Assembly (NCBI GenBank): GCA_016196115.1 | Contig: JACPYI010000027.1 | Coordinates: 1 to 53,673 of the forward strand | Source: Candidatus Sungiibacteriota bacterium | Lineage (GTDB): Bacteria; Patescibacteriota; Minisyncoccia; Sungbacterales; HO2-52-23 | Length of the DNA stretch: 53,673 nt | Direction: 5' to 3' | Part shown: positions 47,071 to 53,673 of the stretch, piece by piece | Layout: every line of letters begins with the position of its first letter | How positions within the stretch are numbered: the first letter of the stretch is position 1 | Position numbers and translations under genes: made by a program | Notes under the pieces: model-generated | The model's database searches: none | What the model was told of the DNA's origin: nothing | Seen by the model: the letters and a program-made list of their open reading frames with translations, nothing else

Positions 47071-48312
47071 TTAGGGGTTATCAATGCACCGTGCGGTACA
47101 CCAGGTAAATTCCGATGATCCGCCGCTTATCGTCCAGGAATAAAGCATCCAGCCGCCGCTATCGTTGGTAATTGGAACACTGCTACCACCCTGTTTGCCG
47201 AAAGAAAAAGTACTGCCGGGCGCAGCAATAACACAGTCATTCAAATCTCCTGGGTTCTCGCGTTTTGAGGTGAGAAAGCAGACCGCGTGCGAACCCATCG
47301 GGGTCTCTGCGTACCCGTTACCTCCCTGCGTATCGGCCTCATAGCCGCCGGTTACAGTCATGCCGGGAGGACTTGCCGCTTTTGCCCATGCAGAAACTGT
47401 CGGATCGGTTTCAGTCGTAATTCCTCCGCTTCCTCCGCTCGGCCACGAAGTTATGCAACCGCCACCACTGGCGGGCAGGCAAAACTGGTCTGCGAAGATC
47501 AAGCTCCCGGATGAGTTTGCATGCATATAGGCGGTTTTTACCGTTGCGCCCGCAGCACTCAGCACCTGGACTTGCCCATAATAGCTGGTGCCGTCGAACC
47601 AACCCTGCTGGAATGCCTCTCCATAGTTCCCCGGAGTTAAAGAAGAAAAACTCACGACCTGGCTAAAATTACCGCCGTCATCGCTATTGAGATACGATTG
47701 GTTATTTCCGTTGTTGATGCTGTATACGATTGCGTGCGATATGATATTATTGTTTGCAACTATTTGGCCGTTCACGTCAAGTTTGTTTCCCGGCGCCGTC
47801 GTCCCGATGCCGACGTTGCCGCCTGCTGCTACGAATAACGCGTTATTTTGCAAACTCGCACCGTTAGCGCCACCCAATACTCCAACGCCAGATTCAGCAT
47901 ACACGCCAGGCATTCCCCAAGTAGCACCAACACGGAGATTTCCAGCTCCTTCTTCATCACGAAAGTAGTTTCTTCCGCTGAGACCTTGGATTTGGACACC
48001 ATCCGTCGTATAAATATCCGTAGCCTGGAAGTCACCATTAACATCCAGCTTACGTCCCGGCGCCGTCGTCCCGATGCCGACGTTGCTGCCGTTATCGTAA
48101 ATGATTGAGTTTCCGAGCGTGCTGGAATCGTTGAATGCGGCAACCTGATTTACGGTTCCGGAGCCGGTCAGGCCCGAGGCGGCAAGGGCTCTTTGAATAA
48201 GTCCGGCAAGCCACACGCGCGGATGATGCGCAATCACGATGATCAGCGCAATAAGCAGGAGCACGCCGCCAGCATAGCATACCGCCCTATAAAAAATTTT
48301 TTTCATACGCAT
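47071..48312 (-). CDS. exported protein with repeated GNVGIGTTAPGxKLDVNG motif (tail-fibre-like repeats)
   Basis: 413 aa, N-terminal TM/signal. The motif occurs twice, 89 aa apart, encoded by a 32-nt identical DNA block (47788-47819 and 48055-48086). Confidence 0.6.
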   Translation of the reverse strand: MRMKKIFYRAVCYAGGVLLLIALIIVIAHHPRVWLAGLIQRALAASGLTGSGTVNQVAAFNDSSTLGNSIIYDNGSNVGIGTTAPGRKLDVNGDFQATDIYTTDGVQIQGLSGRNYFRDEEGAGNLRVGATWGMPGVYAESGVGVLGGANGASLQNNALFVAAGGNVGIGTTAPGNKLDVNGQIVANNNIISHAIVYSINNGNNQSYLNSDDGGNFSQVVSFSSLTPGNYGEAFQQGWFDGTSYYGQVQVLSAAGATVKTAYMHANSSGSLIFADQFCLPASGGGCITSWPSGGSGGITTETDPTVSAWAKAASPPGMTVTGGYEADTQGGNGYAETPMGSHAVCFLTSKRENPGDLNDCVIAAPGSTFSFGKQGGSSVPITNDSGGWMLYSWTISGGSSEFTWCTARCIDNP

Positions 48313-48384
48313 ACAGTGAGCAACGATTCTTAAGAAAACAATAGCGTCATCATAAATCCTTTTGCGTCAATCCGCAAGATGCAC

Positions 48385-48393
48385 TTATCCACA
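48385..48393. promoter_or_regulatory. perfect DnaA-box 9-mer (TTATCCACA)
   Basis: ttatccaca lies between the tail-fibre-like gene and hepT. Confidence 0.3.
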
Positions 48394-48403
48394 CCTCGCA
48401 TCC

Positions 48404-48703
48404 TTATGGGGCAGAAGGAGATTCTTCAAGAAACTTTTTCGCGGCATCTATGAATTTTTTGATATGCGGACCGCTCTCCTGTAAAAATCCGATTATCTCT
48501 TTCCAGCGATAATCAAGATACTCATGAGCGAGAATGTTGCGTAGGTCTACCCACAACGACAATCGGTCCGCAACCTCCTGTTGAGCGCCGGGAATAGTCC
48601 CTGCTAACCGCACTATATCGCGATACGTTTGGGGCATTTCTCTATGACCGTCAGTACACTTCCGCATACTCGCGGGCGGTTTTGCGAAAGTCAATTGCCT
48701 CAC
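48404..48703 (-). CDS. hepT: HepT-like (DUF86) toxin
   Basis: 99 aa with LRNILAHEY, the R-x4-H-x-Y motif. Overlaps the mntA-like ORF by 53 nt. Confidence 0.65.
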   Translation of the reverse strand: MRQLTFAKPPASMRKCTDGHREMPQTYRDIVRLAGTIPGAQQEVADRLSLWVDLRNILAHEYLDYRWKEIIGFLQESGPHIKKFIDAAKKFLEESPSAP

Positions 48704-49001
48704 TTGTCACGCGTAACAGGAATTCAAGCCACAGCCTCGTGTCCTTCACCGCGAGAGGCACGCCGCGAATTGCGGTATCCGCAACGCTCGCGGGCGCGCG
48801 ATTTAGCACGAGGAGATCAACCTCTGCGTGTACGATCTTCTCCACCGCTCCCCATATCTCATGCTCGGCCGGATAATCCCGATCCTCTTCAAGTTCAAGT
48901 TTGTGCGGCGATGACGGATTGAAGTATACGCCAATATCCCAGTCAGATGTTACTCTGGCGTATCCCTTTGCCTGTGAACCGAAAAGGAACGCCATCACCA
49001 C
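48651..49001 (-). CDS. mntA: MntA-like minimal nucleotidyltransferase antitoxin (short N-terminus)
   Basis: LFGSQAKGYARVTSDWDIGVYF fits GS-x(9-10)-D-x-D. Only about 5 residues precede LFGS and there is a stop 8 codons upstream in the same frame. GTG start. Confidence 0.7.
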   Translation of the reverse strand: MVMAFLFGSQAKGYARVTSDWDIGVYFNPSSPHKLELEEDRDYPAEHEIWGAVEKIVHAEVDLLVLNRAPASVADTAIRGVPLAVKDTRLWLEFLLRVTSEAIDFRKTAREYAEVY

Positions 49002-49025
49002 ATCGTCAGAAAGGTGGTAAAAACA

Positions 49026-49643
49026 TCACCGATCCAATTCTTTCAGGAGCGGTTTTTTGAAGTCCGCGAACTGTTTCTGGTTGAGTCCGAGCTCTGGTAC
49101 TTCATGAGTGGCGCGGAGAATCTCTCGAAGCTCGCTCTCTATCGGCGCCGTATGATGCTCGCGCAAAATGGCGCGCATGCGGTCGAGTCGGGGTTCGGCG
49201 TGGTAGAGCATGCTGATCACGTCCAGCATATCCTTTTTTCCCTTGAGCGATCCTTTGCGTTGCGTATAGACAAAAAGTTTCAACGCGAGCAGTATTTCTT
49301 TTTCCGGCACGCGAAACCCTTGTAATGCAACCGCATGATCCATCACAAAATCCGCGGGCAATCCGACAAATGACCAGTGCGGAACGTAGATATCCACATC
49401 AAAACCCTCTCCTTTGATTTCGTATTTCTGTAACCGGTCATTTTTAACCAATAAAAACCTTTCCCGCATCTTTCCCAACTCATCAAAATCAACGATGATG
49501 TCAATATCCTTGGACTTCAGCGTTTTCGTATACAGATAAACCGCCCATCCGCCGATAAGGACAAACGTAAATTGTGAGCGGAGATGCTGTACGAAGGCGA
49601 ATGATAGGTCGGTAATGCGATCGTGCCAAAATTGCTCGGCCAT
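49026..49643 (-). CDS. nucleotidyltransferase, AbiEii-like toxin (tentative)
   Basis: FVLIGGWAVYLYTKTLKSKDIDIIVD resembles the GG-x-A...(S/T)KDIDi NTase motif. Start set to ATG 49643. Confidence 0.55.
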   Translation of the reverse strand: MAEQFWHDRITDLSFAFVQHLRSQFTFVLIGGWAVYLYTKTLKSKDIDIIVDFDELGKMRERFLLVKNDRLQKYEIKGEGFDVDIYVPHWSFVGLPADFVMDHAVALQGFRVPEKEILLALKLFVYTQRKGSLKGKKDMLDVISMLYHAEPRLDRMRAILREHHTAPIESELREILRATHEVPELGLNQKQFADFKKPLLKELDR

Positions 49644-49653
49644 TATGATATTG

Positions 49654-50247
49654 TTATAGGAATAATTGCTGCGCAAGGACTTTAAGAAAATCTTTTGCAT
49701 ACCATTCCGGCGCATTCCATATATCTACAAATAACTGCTCCGGCAAGAGTTTCCCGTATCGCGTCCACCACGGGTCTTTTTTTATGAAAAAAAGATTAGG
49801 GGCCATTTTTCCTTTCTCTATGAGCGGAAGGCGCGTCAACACTTCGGGAGCACGGGCATCTTCCATATAGACATAGACATGGTCATAATCCGCCGGGCTT
49901 GGCTGATGCAATGATGAGAAAGCGCTATACAGCCCAAACTCAACAAACGGCGGCATGAGCGATTCTATCTTTTTGGCGTCTTGCTCCACATATTCTTGAA
50001 AAAATATGTCTTTGCGCATGACCCGATGGGAAGCCCAGAGATATAAAAGCTTTTCGTAGGATTCAAGCCGAAAGTTTCTCCCGCTCACCGTAATAATGCT
50101 TGCTTCTCGCGGGACTTTCAGCGCGTTAAAAACCGTGCTCAATGAAAAACCGAAGGATTTCGCAAGCTCCTTTTGTGTAAATGTGATTTTTTTATTCTGC
50201 CGGGCCTGAAAGAGAATTTCTCGCCAAAGTACATCTTTTTTTCGCAT
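49654..50247 (-). CDS. winged-helix regulator, AbiEi-like antitoxin (tentative)
   Basis: 197 aa, N-terminal HTH (FTQKELAKSFGFSLSTVFNALK). Immediately upstream of the NTase gene. Confidence 0.5.
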   Translation of the reverse strand: MRKKDVLWREILFQARQNKKITFTQKELAKSFGFSLSTVFNALKVPREASIITVSGRNFRLESYEKLLYLWASHRVMRKDIFFQEYVEQDAKKIESLMPPFVEFGLYSAFSSLHQPSPADYDHVYVYMEDARAPEVLTRLPLIEKGKMAPNLFFIKKDPWWTRYGKLLPEQLFVDIWNAPEWYAKDFLKVLAQQLFL

Positions 50248-50529
50248 ATGTTTCGATTTTTAACTCAATTTTAACGGTTCGTTTCTAATATAATAGAAAT
50301 ATATGTTTGTGTCAAGAGTTACTTATCAACAGGAAGATCATGCTTCTCTTTGACAATCACGCCCCATACTGCTATGCTGGCATTGGTCTAATTCGATAAT
50401 TTAATTCCCGAGCATTAGGTAAATTGATATACTATACGCGTATGCAGGAGAAATTTACAAGGATAGACACCGGAGGAATCATGAACGGAACGTATCGTGC
50501 TGGTTTTCCGTATGCTCGCGCAGGTACTT

Positions 50530-52065
50530 ATGAACATGTATTATTTGTTGGTCGGTATTGGTGGAATAGTGCTTTTTGGGGCCGGAATTGGTCTGGGATA
50601 TCTGATCCGCCAGTTGGTGGCGCAGCAGCGCAAGTCGTCCATCGAGGCCAAGTTGCGCAGATTGATTGAGGATTCGCGGGCCGAGGCAAAGGAGACGCTG
50701 CTTGACGCGAAAGAAAAAGCAGCCAAGGTGCTTGATGAAGCAAAGCAAGAGGAACGGGAGCGCCTTACACAAGTGCGGCGGCTTGATGAACGCCTTATTG
50801 AGCGCGAGACCGGGATTGACCGGCGCGCGAGCGAGTTTGACAAGCGCGAGAAAGAAGTAGAAGAGCGCATTGAGCGCGTCAAGGCCGTCAAGGCCGAAGT
50901 TGAGCAGGTGCGCGAGCGCGTGGGCAAAGAGCTTGAGCGCATCTCCGGCATGACCAAAGAAGAAGCGCTTGCCCAGGTGCTGATCGCTATTGAGCGGGAT
51001 CATGCCGAAGACATGATGGTGCGCATCAAAAAGCTTGAAATCCAGGGCTTTGAAGATCTGGAGCGGCGCGCAAAAAATATTCTGGCAACGCTGATCCAAC
51101 GTCTTGCGAGCGTTACCACTTCTGACGTTACCACCACGACCGTGGGCATTCCTTCGGATGATCTCAAGGGCAAGATCATCGGTCGGGAGGGGCGTAATAT
51201 CAAAGCGCTGGAACGCGCCGCAGGCGTTGAAATTATTGTTGATGATACGCCCGGATCCATCGTGATCTCCGCGTTTGATCCGGTGCGCAGGCACATTGCC
51301 AAGATAGCGCTTGAAAAACTCGTGCAGGACGGCAGGATCCAGCCCGCGCGCATTGAGGAAACCGTAGACAAGGCCCGGGAGGAGATCGAAAAACAGATTC
51401 GCGAGGCCGGAGAACAGGCCGCATACGAGGTCGGCATCTTTGATCTTGATCCCCGCCTGTCCTTGTTGCTCGGACGGCTGAAATTCCGCACGAGCTATGG
51501 CCAAAACGTGCTCCAGCACTCCATTGAAATGACGCATCTTGCCGGCATGCTGGCAGCCGAGCTTGGCGCCGACGTGGCCACCGCCAAAAAAGGCGCATTG
51601 CTGCACGATATCGGCAAGGCCGTTGATCATGAAGTAACCGGCACGCATGTTGAGATCGGCCGGCGCATTTTGCAGAAATTCAACATGGATGTCCGCGTGA
51701 TCCAGGCCATGCAGTCGCACCACGAGGAGTATCCGTACGAGACCGTCGAGTCCATCATCGTGCAGACCGTTGATGCGATCTCGGCGTCCCGCCCGGGCGC
51801 GCGGCGCGATTCGCTTGAAAATTATCTCAAACGACTTGAAGATCTGGAGCGTATCGCAACCGCGTTTCCGGCCGTGGAAAAAGCGTACGCGATCTCGGCA
51901 GGCCGCGAAATCCGCATCTTTGTCTCTCCGGAAAAAGTAACCGATGCCGAAGCATACGGGCTTGCGCGCGAAATTGCCTTACAGGTTGAAAGCGAACTGA
52001 AATTTCCGGGCGAGATCCGCGTGATGGTGATCCGCGAGATGCGTGCGATCGAATACGCAAGGTAA
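50530..52065 (+). CDS. rny: ribonuclease Y
   Basis: N-terminal TM helix, coiled-coil, KH (GKIIGREGRNIKALE), HD (LLHDIGK). Start set to ATG 50530 (MNMYYLLVG). Confidence 0.95.
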   Translation: MNMYYLLVGIGGIVLFGAGIGLGYLIRQLVAQQRKSSIEAKLRRLIEDSRAEAKETLLDAKEKAAKVLDEAKQEERERLTQVRRLDERLIERETGIDRRASEFDKREKEVEERIERVKAVKAEVEQVRERVGKELERISGMTKEEALAQVLIAIERDHAEDMMVRIKKLEIQGFEDLERRAKNILATLIQRLASVTTSDVTTTTVGIPSDDLKGKIIGREGRNIKALERAAGVEIIVDDTPGSIVISAFDPVRRHIAKIALEKLVQDGRIQPARIEETVDKAREEIEKQIREAGEQAAYEVGIFDLDPRLSLLLGRLKFRTSYGQNVLQHSIEMTHLAGMLAAELGADVATAKKGALLHDIGKAVDHEVTGTHVEIGRRILQKFNMDVRVIQAMQSHHEEYPYETVESIIVQTVDAISASRPGARRDSLENYLKRLEDLERIATAFPAVEKAYAISAGREIRIFVSPEKVTDAEAYGLAREIALQVESELKFPGEIRVMVIREMRAIEYAR

Positions 52066-52073
52066 AAAAGGCA

Positions 52074-52082
52074 TGTGGATAA
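52074..52082. promoter_or_regulatory. perfect DnaA-box 9-mer (TTATCCACA)
   Basis: tgtggataa lies 6 nt upstream of the -35 of the hup promoter candidate. Confidence 0.3.
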
Positions 52083-52088
52083 CGATAT

Positions 52089-52117
52089 TTCACATTTTAA
52101 GCCAGAATTGGTATACT
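52089..52117 (+). promoter_or_regulatory. promoter candidate for hup
   Basis: TTCACA, 17 nt, TATACT, with TG one base upstream (extended -10). This implies a 5' UTR of about 150 nt. Confidence 0.4.
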
Positions 52118-52134
52118 CTATACGGTATCTTTCC

Positions 52135-52163
52135 TGTCATTCCCGGCTTGATCGGGAATCCAG
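52135..52163 (+). repeat. hairpin repeat TGTCATTCCCG-N-CGGGAATCCAG (copy D)
   Basis: tgtcattcccg-gcttgat-cgggaatccag. Confidence 0.6.
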
Positions 52164-52186
52164 AGACACGGGATAAAGCATGAATA

Positions 52187-52214
52187 CTGGATTCCCGCTT
52201 TAGCGGGAATGACA
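52187..52214 (-). repeat. hairpin repeat, same unit inverted (copy E)
   Basis: The reverse complement reads tgtcattcccg-ctaaag-cgggaatccag. It lies 23 nt from copy D. Confidence 0.6.
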
Positions 52215-52269
52215 GATGAGGAAAATTTCTTAAAGGTCGAGTAAAGATCAAAATTTCTCATATTTTTCT

Positions 52270-52542
52270 ATGAACAAAGCAGGCATTGTGGAAATGGTAA
52301 GCGCAAAGCTCGACATTACCAAAAAAATGGCGGAAGACGCGGTGGACATGGTGTTTGATACCATCACCCAGACGCTCGCCAAAGGAGAAGAGGCAAGCAT
52401 CGCCGGATTCGGCGTGTTTCTGGCCAAGAAACGAGAAGCGCGCATGGGCGTAAACCCGCGTACCGGAGAAAAACTCCAAATCAAAGCCACCACCACCCCG
52501 AAGTTCCGCGCAGGCAAAGCTCTCAAAGAAGCGGTAAAATAA
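52270..52542 (+). CDS. hup: HU family DNA-binding protein
   Basis: 90 aa. MNKAGIVEMV...GFGVF...R.GVNPRTGEKLQI...PKFRAGKALKEAV is canonical HU. Confidence 0.95.
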   Translation: MNKAGIVEMVSAKLDITKKMAEDAVDMVFDTITQTLAKGEEASIAGFGVFLAKKREARMGVNPRTGEKLQIKATTTPKFRAGKALKEAVK

Positions 52543-52565
52543 TTTCACGCATTCGGCACTACATC

Positions 52566-52593
52566 AAAAACCTCCTGACATTGGGAGGTTTTT
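52566..52593. terminator. bidirectional rho-independent terminator
   Basis: AAAAACCTCC-TGACATTG-GGAGGTTTTT lies between the convergent hup gene and ORF 52646..53143. Confidence 0.7.
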
Positions 52594-52645
52594 GATTGTG
52601 ATCCAATGCGCATGAGCACAGTAATGAAAAAGCAGGGCTATTGCC

Positions 52646-53143
52646 CTACCTGTTTCTCCACTCGTTGATTTGTGCTGCTGACCCCGGTACCACTGATAAA
52701 AATATTCTTGGTTTGTTCATAACTGGCTCGGAATGTATGATTGCGTCAGGGTGGCCAATTAAATAATACACTCCATCGCCTTTCTGATATGGGTCAAACT
52801 CTTGCACGACAGCATCAAGCTCTCTCCGGACTTGCATGTTGTTATGATGTCCATGAATACTTTGAGATGTCAGAAGTTCTAAAAATTTTGCAGGATCAGT
52901 TGCTCTGGCAAACCGGGTTTTGGTGCCCTTGAGCGTCGTGACAAATTTGTAATTTCTTTCTTCCGTAGGGGTGAAATAATTACCGTCAGGATGCCATCTC
53001 GGTATGTCAAAAGCCCTATTCGGAGTCGAGATCCGCAGCATAACCCATGCAGAATCTGCACGAAAATCGTCAACTGTCCTTTTGGCGATTCTTGCAGTAA
53101 GGTGAGCGATGACGCGATTCGCTTCCGGAGAGTTTTCCGGCAA
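52646..53143 (-). CDS. hypothetical protein with an HxD...H pattern (possible cupin/2OG-Fe(II) oxygenase-like)
   Basis: 165 aa from a TTG start. It has WHPDG and IIHSEP. The frame stays open 36 codons upstream without an ATG. Confidence 0.5.
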   Translation of the reverse strand: MPENSPEANRVIAHLTARIAKRTVDDFRADSAWVMLRISTPNRAFDIPRWHPDGNYFTPTEERNYKFVTTLKGTKTRFARATDPAKFLELLTSQSIHGHHNNMQVRRELDAVVQEFDPYQKGDGVYYLIGHPDAIIHSEPVMNKPRIFLSVVPGSAAQINEWRNR

Positions 53144-53364
53144 TTGCGCGAAATAAGCTTCTGTGTCTCGTATCAGATTGTCGTCAGGAGAACCAAAAAA
53201 ATCGAATTGGCTAAGGTCTCTTGTATGGCTTTCTCCTCCGTATCCTTGTTAAAGTCCTTTATTCTTGGTGCAATGTACCATGGAACACCTAAAAAAACAA
53301 CGTCCCAGGCAAAGGGGATGCTGTCGTAGCAAGCTCATTAGTGGTCGTACTAAGGAGAGATGCC

Positions 53365-53673
53365 ATGCAACCACTAGTGGGTTTTGATTTTGTTGTAGTC
53401 TCCGCCATGTACAATAAAGGTACGGTACAAACCGTGCCGTTCATTCACTTGTGTTTGAAACCCTCTGATTGGGACAGAATGGGTCGTGATTCCAATCATA
53501 TCGATTTAGGACGACAAAATGGTGGATTCTGGCAGTCTTATCCAATACAACATGAGCCTGAAATGAACCCTATTCCAACGCAGAATGAGCCTGAAATTGA
53601 AGCTCTTCCTGCGTTGAAGCGCGAGCCGTCATACTTGAGGAATGATGTATCTCAATATGGACGACTCACGCAT
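53365..53673 (+). CDS. hypothetical protein, 5' part (runs off the right edge)
   Basis: ATG 53365 is preceded by AAGGAGAG (53352-53359), and 103 codons are open to the window end. It is not in the ORF track because no stop is reached. Confidence 0.4.
   Translation, partial: MQPLVGFDFVVVSAMYNKGTVQTVPFIHLCLKPSDWDRMGRDSNHIDLGRQNGGFWQSYPIQHEPEMNPIPTQNEPEIEALPALKREPSYLRNDVSQYGRLTH

Noticed and set aside
50479-51723. 414-aa minus-strand ORF
   Set aside because: It is antisense to rny, which has KH and HD motifs. It is a shadow ORF.

Overview
This 53.7 kb bacterial window has a GC-rich backbone (by eye) interrupted by several visibly AT-richer blocks. All calls come from reading the sequence and ORF track and from remembered family motifs. 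No searches were run.

The backbone is housekeeping: pyrH, gatC-gatA, ligA, nusA, hppA, tig, clpP, gpmI, rny, hup and an ABC transporter.

The dominant feature is a minus-strand type IV pilus (T4P) locus with no secretin ORF. Its order is pilM-N-O-(P-like)-pilB-REC-pilT-pilC-pilD-pilA, then three prepilin-type minor pilins and a PilX-like gene.

Upstream on the same strand sit a secreted metzincin-like protein and a 2365-aa surface protein. That protein has a signal peptide, a lamin-tail domain, Ig-like and carboxypeptidase-regulatory-like repeats, an FN3 domain and a peptidoglycan-binding domain.

Further along are comF and a second operon: histidine kinase, response regulator, a low-GC R-M pair, a stand-alone receiver, a second GspE/PilB ATPase and a coiled-coil protein.

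Accessory or decayed material includes:
- an AT-rich RusA-like islet after nusA
- hicBA
- a diverged duplicate of the tig 5' end flanking a truncated NYN gene
- MntA/HepT and AbiEi/AbiEii-like pairs
- an rve transposase remnant
- a HAD hydrolase pseudogene
- three tRNAs, one of them non-canonical
- two families of short hairpin repeats

The architecture (secretin-less T4P, giant adhesin, few Shine-Dalgarno sites) fits an uncultivated monoderm-like lineage such as CPR/Patescibacteria, but that is inference.

I did not find one unambiguous novel system. The strongest candidates are the T4P, giant adhesin and protease neighbourhood with its frameshifted perfect 141-bp duplication, the two-component-controlled second ATPase operon split by an R-M cassette, and the odd tRNA(CAT).
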